Part shown: piece by piece, positions 13,051-24,874 of the stretch
Position numbering within the stretch: position 1 is the stretch's first letter
Layout of the letters: the number at the start of each line of letters is the position of its first letter
From: Botryllus schlosseri
Lineage: Eukaryota
NCBI GenBank assembly: GCA_051294905.1
Contig: CM119371.1
Span: 29,080,001-29,144,000, forward strand
DNA length: 64,000 bases
Direction: 5' to 3'
Notes under the pieces: model-generated
What the model saw: only the letters and a program-made list of their open reading frames with translations
Database searches by the model: none
Told to the model about the DNA's origin: nothing
Made by a program: the position numbers and the translations under genes

Positions 13051-14031
13051 TAGGGCCATTTTTATATGACCTTAAAAAATCAATTATATGACTTTATTTT
13101 TGGGAAAATATGACTTTATATGACTTTATGCGAAATTCATGTATTTTTACATGTAACCAACGTCACTTATGGAACTGAAGAGTAAAACATGAACAACATA
13201 ACAGTAATACATATACATTTTTATTTTAAACCACTTTGGTAGTACAATTTCATGTATTGTGGAATGTTGGAGTCTTTAAAGTTACGATTTGGGCGTAAAA
13301 AAATTACTTAAGGAAAATGAGCGCTCCACAGACGCTGATGTTGGTTGACACTTCTGCAGTTTTGCATACAGCGCTGGTGAAATGTCTTGTCTTTGTAGCT
13401 CCATAATTTGTTTCACATCGTTTTTGTCCAATCGCTTCTTAATGTAATTTTTGAGCTCAAGCGGATCTTTTCCGAAATCGAGGGCGTTTAGATCAGCATT
13501 GGCCTCTTTGATAGTATCAAGTTTGAAATATTTTTGTAGTGGAGGCATATTTCTGTTAACTGACTCGTAACTCTGGATCGTTCACTGAATCTTTGACGCT
13601 CTTTACAATAACTCCTTCAGCTTCCCGTGCGTTGACTATTTCTTTCACTTGTGTAAGTCTCTGAACTTCAAATGACGTCCCATTTCAGTGCAGAAGTAAA
13701 ACAGATTGTGTAGTAACACAATGCAATGTGTGGCCTCATAATGCAATGTGTGGCCTCATAGGTCTGCGACTGTAATGTTATAGGCTAACCTCTTACAGTT
13801 TGCCTTCGTTCAATCAGAAATTGCCTTACTTTCTTAGTGCGCAATTGCTTCAATTGGCACTTTTTATTCAAAGTATACAACAATATGACTTTATAACTCA
13901 AATATGACCTAACCAGGAAAATATGACTTTATAACTTTCTTAATCTACCCCATATGGATGCGGTTTTTGCGTTAAAATTGATTTCACGACTTACTGATGC
14001 ATAGAAAAAAATATGACTTTAAATGGCCCTA
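13051..14031 (-). mobile_element. Internally deleted hAT transposon inserted in the 3' LTR
   Basis: TIRs tagggccattt / aaatggcccta; TSD ataattac on both sides; ORF 13282-13548 carries the hAT dimerisation motif CQPTSASVERSFS. Confidence 0.93.
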
Positions 14032-14269
14032 ATAATTACCCTCGCTGATTACTGATTACGTTACTGCTACGTCTTGTTGTGTTGTACTCTTTTATGCAGT
14101 CGCTTTTAGTCACCGTCCGAGCCAGTCGTCCTTAGTCTCCGTCGGACGAGCATCGTCATGTTTTAGTTGTTTTAATAAAAGAGCAATGCTGACTTGTCTA
14201 CTTTGACTTATCGAGCCGCGGACCAAGAAGAACGCGCGCCCACGACAGAGCACGCTATACGTAGTCGGA

Positions 14270-14870
14270 CGCACCGATCGATGTGTGACCACGTTTAACA
14301 CGGTATCATGTGGGTGTGTCGTTATAATGTTCGCCATTGCATGGAGACAATCGTTATATTCACGGACAGCATTCAGCATTGGATGAATGCATATAGTATC
14401 ACCTTTTGAGTGAACGGTTTGACTGAATCAAGTCCACAACTAATTGATCACTTATGTTATCACACATGCGAGCTAGTACTGGTTTACGTCCGGTACTTAT
14501 GTTATCACACATGCGAGCTAGTACTGGTTTACGTCCGGTTCTGAGTTCACTTGACGACTGAATTCCATAATAACAATTTGCGTTATGCAAGCATTTTTGT
14601 TCTATCCCTTATACTCTATATTTCGAACGGACGGTACCAGTTAGTGGTGATTACCCCAGTTGACGTTGCATTTCTTTGTTAAGATCCGTGAGAGTCGACT
14701 GACTGGCACCGGGAACATCTGTTTGATTGTTGCCATTATTCTGATGTTCGTTCAACACGAACAACTGGTTTCGTTAACTTTTTATATCCGGTTACTTGTC
14801 GACATAACGAGTTGTCCATCGCTACATGCATCCTGTGACAGACTTGTTGAGATGCGTTCTGCGTTGGAGA
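14270..14870 (-). pseudogene. SF3-helicase-like relic, type 1
   Basis: Minus strand reads ERISTSLSQDACSDGQLVMSTSNRI*KVNE...IMATIKQMF...NATSTGVITTN...NRSLKR*; nucleotide homology to 24175-24420. Confidence 0.6.
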
Positions 14871-15060
14871 CCGTGCGATTTTGCTGCAACTGTGCATATG
14901 TCACACGTGTCCTGTTTCATTATGTTTATTCTGCTATGTTATGTCTGTTTTCTATTTGTTGATGAGTATTCCTTTAGGTGTGCATGTATTTTGGTTGCTA
15001 TTTCAGGTTATATTATCACAAAATATGTTCAGTTGAATTTATGCACTGTTAGGGCATAAT

Positions 15061-15387
15061 TAGGGCAATTAGGGCAATTTTTTTTGACATGTCAAAAAAA
15101 GTCGAAATGGTAGCGTTAGGTCATGTTAGGTCAGTTTTTCATGTGAAAATCTGTCAGTTTTTGAGCCAAAAACGTTTTTTAGGCCAATCTACTTTGTAAG
15201 GACAGACAGTTCCAACCAGAAATGAAGATAAGTAGTACAATTTTAACATTATATGCGAAAAAACCTAATTTGCATACGTGAGGTCAAAATTTGGTCAAAT
15301 TTCAGTTTTTTTAGGTCAAAAAAGGTCAAAATTTAGATTTTTCAAGTCAAAATCTTCCGTTTTTTAGGTAAAAAAAAAATTGCCCTA
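15061..15387. mobile_element. hAT deletion derivative (same family as 52472-53357), specific to copy A
   Basis: Ends tagggcaattt / aaattgcccta; right flank ctcataat; left junction scrambled by repeated tagggc; empty site near 57728 in B. Confidence 0.85.
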
Positions 15388-15585
15388 CTCATAATATTTA
15401 TGTTGTCCTTCTGCTGGTCTTCACATTCAATGGGAATGCTAGCATCGTGACGGTCAGACCTCGGAATTGCCGACGTAGAAAATGTGCGTCTCCGTCCATC
15501 AGTAACATGCGAGTAGTCGTCTATTTATGGGGAGTTATGACCAGTCACAAACATAAATAACTCAGTATGCGTCTGTATTGTAATG

Positions 15586-16890
15586 AGAGAGAGAGAGAGT
15601 CTTTATTTTCGTCGAACCAAAATACATAACAAACGGCAGTGATGGTGGTACAGAAAATATGTGTGCACAGTATTCGGTATTAGATAGGAATGATCGATAA
15701 GACCGAGAAGGTCATCTAGTCTGATCACACCATCATCAAACAGGTACACTTGACTCTGAACAGTCTGGCTGTAAAAAAAAATGTTTACTTGATGGAAAAT
15801 AGAAAAAAAATCAAACAATGGTAGCAAATGATCAATGAAGCAATGTCTAGGTTAGGTAGGGCAACAATATGAATGTAACGACACTATTATAAGGCAATCC
15901 CTAAAATCTATTATAACGCAATTCACGGATATGTGGTGGTAATGCATTCCAGATGATAGGTCTCGATTAGTCGATATATCTCTTAGTTGAGTTGCTATTG
16001 GGTGGGGGTAAGTAGATGTTTCCTTTAGACGAGGATATCGTGTAATGGGAATGGACATGTTTAGCAGGTATAAAAAAAGCCATCAAACACAGGAGGCAGA
16101 CTATTGAAAACACATTTGTGGACAACATTTGATACTTCGAAGCGATGTAGTTGATCAACTCGCAAAATTCGATGCTTACGGTGTTAAGGCGATAAATTGG
16201 TACGTCAAGGTACAGATGAGATCAGCCGTGTCGCACGGTTTTGCAGCGTTCGAATTTTGCACAAAAATGTTGTCACAGCATTTCCCCATACCACGATTCC
16301 ATATTGCAGATGAGAGTGAAAAAGAGAGAATTGGGTTGTTCGTAGTACTGATCTGGAAACCAACGATTGGAGACGGGTCATTATTCCCACAAACCGAGCT
16401 AGTTTTGATATTGTGCATTCAATATGCTGCTTCCAATACAATTTTGAATCAATGGTGACGCCGAGATATTTTGCTGTGTCACATATTGAGATTTGTTTAT
16501 GATTGATGTTCACAGTGAAATTATGACTGGCATTTTTAAAACGAGCATCTCGGTCTTATCTGCATTCAAACTTGAGGAGTCTGTTTGCTTGGATCCATCT
16601 CGACACTTTTGGGAGTTCCCTATTCACAGATGCATGCAAACCATCGATAGTGTTGGAGGTTATGAAGAGGTCAGTATCATCAGCAAATAGCGTTGTGCGA
16701 AATAAAGATGCATTAACACTGTCGTTAATATACATAAGGAAAAAAGTCGGTCCAATGACTAAGCCTTGTGGCACTCCACAAGTTATATCTCTAGCAGTCG
16801 TTCTTAATGTCCCCAGTTTAACAAATTGTTTGCGGTTTGTCAGGTAGCATGCAAGTAGAGTTGCTGTATTACCCCTAATGCCATCCCAAA
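15586..16890 (-). mobile_element. 5'-truncated CR1/L2-group LINE (RT C-terminal half, 3' UTR, (CT)n tail)
   Basis: GVPQGLVIGPTFFLMYIND, LFADDT, KYLGVTIDSKLYWKQHI and YGIVVWGN motifs; AATAAA at 15602-15607 (minus) next to an (AG)n microsatellite. Confidence 0.9.
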
Positions 16891-16934
16891 ATTAGAATGA
16901 ATATCTTTCTAATGGCATTTTGACATGAGGTGTA

Positions 16935-17420
16935 CATTATTCAAAATCCATAAATGACGTTCACTTCGTGAGTGTGGATTTATAAGCACGTTTTAGGGTT
17001 TAATGTCGCGGTGACCGCTACCATTTTCATGACGATGTAGAATCGTGTCAGCCACTTGATGAAGGATGTCACGACATGTATCCTTTGTACTTCATGAGAA
17101 CTTCATGAGACTTTCGTGACTTCAGTAAATCCATGAGCGTGAGATATAAGGCTACACCACGAGTGCGTATAGATCGTCCTCCCGGAACCAGCCATCGGGA
17201 TGACTCCTGTTCAGTGATAAACGGTAAGAATAAACATCCGAGATACGTTTTCGGATAGTTACATATCTGAATCCCCAGTCAAAGTTTATGCAAATTCGAT
17301 GGGTACATGCTTGCCGTACAATACACCCCAGCCCATCTGCTGACCAATCTTTGCGCATGACTTTCAAGACGTTATGATTTTTACTCGCATTGCTTCGAGT
17401 GCCAGAGTCTCTTGACTAGA
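16935..17420 (-). pseudogene. Pim-family-like Ser/Thr protein kinase pseudogene fragment
   Basis: Minus strand with frameshifts: VLKVMRKD, WGVLYGKHVPIEFA, GWFREDDLYALVV, MDLLKSR, CRDILHQVADTILHRHENGSGHRDIKP*NVLI, then MDFE; motif order is colinear with Pim kinase subdomains II-VII. Confidence 0.75.
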
Positions 17421-19349
17421 CCGCAGCAACAGGCGGTCCGTGGATGCGAGCCAGTTGCGCAGCTACGTCGGCGTCGTCATCGTCAGACAGCCCCTCGCTG
17501 TCGCTCTCGGTGGTGTGCTCGAGCGCGTCAAGAGCATCCTACAAATGCATACGGGCCCGACCCAACATTTGATGTGCACGACTGGCCTTGGGTGTTCGAC
17601 CCGATCGGCTCCTTTTAAAAATCAGAGTCCGAAGAGTCCGACGTCCAGATACCAGTTCTGTAAGCGTCAATTGCCACTGCTACCGCGCTACCTACAATTA
17701 CCCACGTTAAAATATAAACTTATCACCGGTTGAAGTTGTAGCTTCCCAGGGTGGACGGTCGGCGTTTAGGAGGACGCTCATGTTTACTCATGCGGTATTT
17801 ACAGTTAACGCGAGGTCGGTCTCTGTTAGTCTATTACGTTCCGCGTAGCAATTCATGCCGTGCCGAGTCCAGTACCGTGCTAGTTAGTGTTAAGGATGAG
17901 GGCTCTCTCGCTCGCTATTCATACTGTTTTACGGCTCTTGTGCCAGCATCAGCACACTATATCACAAAAATACACACCATGAAAATAAACGATAAAAACC
18001 CACCTCCATTAAAATCACAGAAACACACACAGAATATTGTCAGTAAAAACAGCGGGACACTTGGACCGGTTAATCGCGTTTACTCTTCTTGGAAGAAGCC
18101 GGAGAATCGTCAGTTTTTTGTCTTTTCTTCTTGTTGTTTGCCTTCTTCGGAGTCATGAGGACTACCAGTCCCGAAGGAGTTTCCAGCGTATCCACGACGG
18201 CGGATACGGCTGGTCATGCGATTGCATTTTTTCTTGCTTGACTTTTCGGGAGTCGTAACGACGTCACTAGTCGAAGTAGTCGGAATTTCCGGCGTATCCG
18301 CGTCGGCGGATGTTCACGGTCTGTCATGCGTAAAGGTCTGCAATCTTTCTTTGATACATGCATTAATGAATGGCATTCACATTCGTTGGCAGTCCGTATG
18401 TACGTACCATTGTTATAAGTTTGTACGCTAAGTAGAATAAAATGGCTACTCTGCCCTAGTTGATATTTTGATTGGCTATCCGTAGGCAACTCTCCGGAAG
18501 ATATCTTTGGTACATTGAATTTGAACTCTATCAATGATGCTGAGAATAGAATATATATTTAAAATGAGCTGGATATTTCTTTGTTATTGTGGCTCGATGT
18601 TATTGTGGCTCAACCGATCACCAACACTACGTATGATCTCCGCCAACTCCATTGCAGCAGCATCGCGTCGCTCGACTCTGAGCTCTATGGATAATAATTC
18701 CGTTCTTTTTCAATTTGTACCTTTCTTTTGCAATTCATACATGGGAATTCGTTGTCGCTTGTGATTGGCAGGACAACACTTTCATTTAGCTCCTCCGTTC
18801 TGTCCAGCTCTTCCGAGTCGATACTCTCCTTTTGTCTTTTGGTTCCTGACCTCTTTACCTTCTATTAACTCCTTTTGGTTCCTGATCTTGCTAACTGAAT
18901 CCATGACCGCGCACAGGCCTTCTCTCGTTCCACCTTGCTGACTTTGAAGGGGCGCTGCGCTCTAAAAATAATGTGGTCTCAAATTGAAGGGCAAAACGAA
19001 CAAAAATTTTTGGCTGCAACCATTTCCTTCAGAATGCCACCGTAATGGAGCTGCAATTTTTTGAAATTTCCACAGCACCTTCACGCTCCAGCTGCTGCTT
19101 AACCCGTTACATGGCACGATGTCTTCATCGTTGCACTTGCTCGACGCAATGAGGCAGTCAGCACGCAGAAGACTAACCTCAGGCATATCTAGAATTCGTT
19201 CTCTGCATGACTGTGATAGAGGGAGTAGCTGCCAATAATGAATGGCCCTGTGATTGTATTCTTTCATACATTGATTCAAGTGTTTTGGATGATGAAGCAT
19301 AATTGGAAGCTTATACCGATCTTTGTTTATCCTGTGATCGTTTTGGTAT

Positions 19350-20050
19350 AACAACATCATTAGTCATTAAGACCACTAGTTTGTTGTATTTAACAATAAG
19401 TAGGCGGCTTGCAATGCTTTTTCTGGTATCGTAACTGTATTTTTCTGAGAATAGGGCATAAAGCACAGTTTCTTCCACAATGTACCATGGATGCGTCCTC
19501 AACTTATTGTGAGCAGATTCAGCAGCATCTTTATCGGTAGTTGTGTAACCGCGTGTCTCGTGAATGTATCTCAGGCGCGTCACGTCCAGTGATGCAGTCC
19601 AGCGAAGCAGGAACATAGAATAAGCTTAGAAACAAGTTCAAACAAGTTGAGTAACGAAACTTGACGAGTATTGCATCTGATCAGCCAACATGAACATATT
19701 CTGAGAATATTGAATAGTCCCCATCCACATGGCATGTGGTGCATTTGCTTAATAGGTATTATTCTTGCCATCTTTCATATTTTGACAACCTCCTCAACGG
19801 TTTGAAGAAGACAATCCTGTGTTCTGGTAGTTTTAGGACATCTCTTGCAGATACAACAAATACTGTAGTATACCTGGCGTGAGTAGGTAACTTTTGAGTG
19901 AATAATACGCTCAGATGAAAATCCGACCAAATGATGAGCAGACTTCGATCTTGTTATTGGTGGGTCCAGCACAACCTTTTCCAACGTTTCAGACATTCTT
20001 CTTCAACCAAATTCTAGTCTACCATCAAATTGGATAACACGGTATCTTAA
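19350..20050 (-). mobile_element. hATm-like transposase relic
   Basis: Contains SKLPT-like N-terminus, HAMWMGTIQYSQNMFM (HHARWMAK.IY-like) and HNKLRTHPWYIVEETVLYALFSE (HLWYL.EE...ALF-like); duplicated at ~61660-62310. Confidence 0.55.
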
Positions 20051-20821
20051 AGATACATATCTGACATTTATAGGACTGCATTTCAGTACACCTATGATAA
20101 CAGATATATTTCCCATCCCTATACAGCCGTTTTTAACTGATAACTTTGAACCAGTTACAGGGTCAACACTACAAAAAGAGATATGACATGTCTGTAGTAA
20201 GGAGAATTTACCCGTGGGGCTTTGCTGGCAAGAAAGATCGCGATGGAAATGACCAAAATCGCTTGTAAAAGTGTTTTGATGTACTAACCTATCATTTGTA
20301 ACTACGCAGAACAAGTTGCCAAAAATATGTCTAAATCTGAACAACCCTAATATAGTCAAAAGATGTATTAGCTTCGCAATGGCAGACACCGAAATGTTTA
20401 TTTCTATAAATTAGGCAGAATTTTTCCGTAAGGGGAGGGGTGTGCAATTGTTCATATTAAAATTGAGATGTCTAGCGAGATGAAATCACAAAGCGCGAAG
20501 GAAATTTTCAAGTTGATGAAGTTCTCACAATTACTCTTATTATTTTTAAATTACTCAATTATTATTTTTAGTTTTATTTTTATTTACGAATATGAGCCCC
20601 CTTCGAGCGACCCCCACCCAATTGGGGGTTTGGTGTGCGGCAGTTACGGTTTTGTCTAGAATGCAAATCATTAGGTGCGAGAAATCGCCAGCTATAAAGT
20701 TGGGCAATGGTATATTGTGACGTAAGAATCAAATGAAGTAACATTGTTCTCCCATGAAGCATTTTCATCGCAATCGGTAGGTATATTGCCTCCCAACATG
20801 TCTTCAAAGAGACGTTCTTAA

Positions 20822-22679
20822 CCGTCTCCCGCCGGCGTGGGTATTTTTACCCATTGCCGTTAGAGGGAAGCGTACTGTATTAGAACCACTATATATCCCG
20901 TTCTAATCGTGCTAGGTCGCTGCTGTTCATGTCTGCGGATATATATTGTTTGTGCAAGTTCATTGATACCATATTATTTGATATATATTATATCTAAGAC
21001 GTCGAAATCGGATATCAAATACCGTAGATAAATATGTTGCAAAATACACTGTCTCGGCAACACGCGCGTCATGACCACTCTCAGATAACGTACTGTATGT
21101 TTTGTTCTAGCCGTCTTAGAGCATAGTTGTTTCTTTCTGTGAAAAGCTAGTGTCCATACAAGTTCACACATATCTTCGTATCTGATATTAGTTACATATA
21201 AGGTGTTATAAATCTATGTGATAGGCCGCGTGACAAAGATATCCGCCGACCGCATCATTTCGCGGAAACGCGCGTTCCCGATACCCATCATATACCCTGT
21301 CGTATATTTGGTTTTATTCGTCATAGCCAGTTGTTGTAGTTTGTTTCTATGAATAGTGCTTGTCAGCTTCTGATTTTCTTGCTAAAACAACTTTACTAGT
21401 TATGTCTGCATCGCTCAAGGTTGCATTTGAAAACTGGGAAGAGAATTCTCGCAGCCTACCGTACCAGCTACAAGCAGATGGATGAATACTGGTCACAAAA
21501 CGGGATATGTATCGAGTTCTAATAGTGATATACCTTCATAGATTGTGTCTGTGAATAGTTGCTGCCTATACGATTCTAAATAATGGCTAATAGTCAAGTA
21601 TAATTCGGAATAAATACAATATTACTCAGCGCATATACCTACGCAAAAGTGTTCATCTGGATATACAAAGAGCTGTCGTATAACGATATATATCTTTCGT
21701 TGTAGTAATGAAAGACATTTATGGATTGTCTCTTTCAATAGAACTAGCCAATCTCCACCTTCAAGGCCAAAATAAACAACATTAGTTATGCCTATGTCAC
21801 CCCAAGACCGCTTCTAAAAATCGTGAAGAGAATTCCTGCAGACTACCACACTAGTGTCAAACGCTGGGACGAATATCTGTAACATAGTGTGTTATATCCT
21901 GAATTTTATCGGTAGTAGACATTCTTAGATTGTTTCTGTGGAGAGTACATGCCCATAAGATTATATCTACATCAGACTAACAGCTAATAGGGATGTATAT
22001 ATCGCAACAAGACCAATTCTACACGCTGTGTATTCCCCGCAAACGTGTGTATCAATGTATCATGTCTGTATGAAGTGCTACCAACTAACGTCATAAACCT
22101 TACGTAGTAGTAAGATATGCGTTTGTGGTTTGTCCTTATGGTTAAGTCTTGACAATCTCCGTTTATCAATACTAAAGTGACCCATTTACGTGCTCTATAA
22201 GCTTTGTAATTGCCCTGGAAGGCTACGCTACCCAATAAATACACGCGCGTCACTCACTCACTCGCTGATGACTCATTCACTCTGCGGCCTGGCGCGTGTT
22301 TATTGTGCAAACCGTCAGTATTGTATCTATTGGATAATGGCGATATTAGGGCGTATTAGATCGACTGAGCCATCTCCATAATCATGATTTCCTCGCCGAT
22401 ATGATTCACAAGAAGCCTATGTCACCAGATATCCATGTTAAGGTTTATAAAGAGTACAGTAAATGTAATACGTTTCTCATCAACGAATTCTCGGCTTGCT
22501 CTTGATATAAGTGGCCAGACACAGTGCTCGAAATGATTTGAGTGGCGCAATCGGATGCGCGTTGAAGTTCTGAATCGAACGACACCTTGCTTGACGTGTT
22601 CCAATCCTATTAAGGTACAGTTTTTCGACTTTGAAAATTGAAGTAAATTTTTTCGAAAATTGCAGCCGGCGCCAATCGG
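20822..22679. mobile_element. piggyBac-like non-autonomous element, specific to copy A
   Basis: TTAA on both sides (20818-20821, 22680-22683); single TTAA at the empty B site 63123-63126; imperfect TIRs ccgtctcccgccggc / gccggcgccaatcgg. Confidence 0.85.
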
Positions 22680-22741
22680 TTAAGGAGCAAAACAAATGTA
22701 ATCGTAGAGCTTCTTGAAGGTGCAGAACTCCAATATACAAT

Positions 22742-22897
22742 TGAATAGTATATTCATACTGAAATGAGCCCGAATATTTTCGGCCGACACTCGTCAGCAA
22801 CTAGTAGGAAATAACATTGTACTAGTTGCTGACGATTACCCCTGGCGAGTATCAGCCGAAAATATTCAAGTTCATTTCAATATGAATATACTATTCA
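22742..22897. repeat. ~155-bp palindromic hairpin element
   Basis: Arms gaatagtatattcatactgaaatg...cagcaactagta / tactagttgctg...catttcaatatgaatatactattc; also present at 63186-63346. Confidence 0.85.
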
Positions 22898-24174
22898 GAA
22901 GAAATCATAATCGCAATCGATTACATTCATGAATTACCCCATGTCTGGTGGTAATTAGGAAGACGGTGAGAATTTTGAAAACTGCATTGTCATGCCTGCT
23001 CTTCCCTGAGTTCAATCAACGCAATGTGCAAAACTGAATTCAACCTTTATGGCAGGCTTATATGTGTAGGGTAAAGTAAATTCGCGGGGATATTGATTTC
23101 AGGCACAGGGATATTGATTTCAGGCATGACAGCAATTTTGATTTGTCAGATCTGTACAAACTCCACGGCAAGCCCGTTTTCGATCAATGTTCGTTCGCTA
23201 TAGAATAGAATTGCGACACGTAAATGGCACAAAAGTGTGTCGCGGCAAACCGGTTGAGAACCAATGTATGGCCTACTAAACCATTATTTGGAATAATGAG
23301 AACGAAATTTCCTGACATTCATTCAAATGAAGTGGGAACTATGAAAACCTTGTGCAAGCGAGCTACTTTGAGAGAGAAGTATGTATGTTATTGGGAAGGT
23401 GATCCTCAGACAAAAGCTTGGGTATTTGCTATTTCGTTAATTGAAGTGAATCGCGTTCACCACACATCCTTTGCTTCGACGCGCGCGCCGAGAGATAATT
23501 ACATGCGCGCTGGTTCGGGTTGGTCGTTCGTAGGTTCGATCATTCATTGCTTGCTGTGTTCAGGACAGGACAGGACCTGGCCTGTTTGCGAGACAGTTCG
23601 ATTCTTTCGGCAATGGTTGAAGCTGTGTCGCGTAGCGCTTGCGTCTTCCAATTTCATCTTGTTCCGCGGTTGTCGTCTCTGTGTTCACTATCGCTTTGTT
23701 ATCTCGATCCGACTTGCCAACTAACATTATTACGCCTGGCGTTGATCCCGTTACGAATTGTAACAACCTGCAACCTGTTTTGTTCAGCTAGCATCCCAAC
23801 GACACCAAGCAGAAGAACCACCAACTCAAAATATGACAATCGGAAAGTGATCGGATCAGTCATAGTATATGATCTTACCCACCAGACGAGTATTGTCGCG
23901 AGTTCACCAGTATCATCTAGGTTCGAGATGACGGCGTTCCTCTTATCTTTGTTCTGGAGAGCGTGACTTCACGCATGGTATGGTATGGCCATGGTACCTA
24001 TATGGTATGGCATGGCCATGGTACCTATAAATTGGGGACGTCGCTGGTCAGCGTTAAGTCCTTTGAGCCCCTTTCCGTGTTTCAATTTTCACGTAGTTGT
24101 TACCAATGCATCGCCTGCATTGGTGCGGTTTGCAGGCAGAACGTAACAGCACCAGAGTATGATAAATATTTGGA

Positions 24175-24810
24175 AGAACGGTTTGACCGAAAGAAGTCCA
24201 CAACTAATTTACCAATGAGGTTCTCGCGTGATTACCGCGATTGTTGGTGCATTTTTCACGCGCCGTGAAATATCTGTTTGATTGCAGCCATAATTCCGAT
24301 GTTTTTCCAGAACGAAAGGCCGGCGTCGTCAACTTTCAAGATTCGGCTATTTGTCGACATAACTAGTTGGCCAACACCACATGCATCCTGGAGCATACTT
24401 GTTGAAATGCGTTCTGGGAAAAACAAAGCAATAGGCTGAGCAGTGATTTTCCCTCGAGTAGTATGTGTGGTGAATCCGCCACATCTTTACCAGGAGCCTC
24501 TATTGCAGCACACAGCAAACAAACCAATGACTCGTTATCGTTTATTATATGTCCTTTCAGCGTTGCCTTCGTGGCAGATGCAGTCAATATTTTGTTAACA
24601 ATCTCAAGCGCGTGGGACAGCGTCATGTTGTTGTGTGCCCGCCACTTCGCCGTTAGCTCAATTGCACGGATATGACTAACCGAAACATTTGTGGCCACTG
24701 TTGGTAACTGCGAGTTATAAACGTTGCAGGAGCCATGAATCCCAGTTTCTCGCACAAATAATGTCCTTCGCTTTCTTCGCGGGTCGTACCCGCCGCATAA
24801 GCATGATGCG
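24175..24810 (-). pseudogene. Parvovirus NS1/Rep-like SF3 helicase relic, type 2, copy 1
   Basis: MTLSHALEIVNKILTASAT; PHILLEG--KS (Walker A partly deleted); QDACGVGQLVMSTNSRILKVDDAG (Walker B at 24325-24342); IMAAIKQIFHG; IAVIT. Confidence 0.65.
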
Positions 24811-24874
24811 AAATCACGTTGAGGATTCCATGGGGCTTCAGTGCCAGTCTTTCACACCCGTCATCTTGTCCGTT

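Larger units (their letters stand above)
9118..14259 (+). mobile_element. Decayed Gypsy-like LTR retrotransposon
   Basis: Partial 5' LTR 9118-9347 matches 14053-14259. PBS tggtgaacccgacgtgat at 9351 is one mismatch from the tRNA-Trp 3' complement. A short purine run precedes the 3' LTR start tgtagcgt at 13016. Degenerate gag/pol-like traces lie inside. The element is absent at the paralogous site ~56945. Confidence 0.8.
6865..23545 (+). repeat. Segmental duplication, copy A
   Basis: Colinear high identity with B: 6865-8548 ~ 49710-52385; 14257-20821 ~ 56945-63126; 22680-23545 ~ 63123-64000. ORF translations are near-identical in both copies. Confidence 0.95.

Noticed and set aside
23224..23966. 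166-aa and 148-aa plus-strand ORFs
   Set aside because: They cross repeat junctions and show no protein-like motifs; likely chance ORFs
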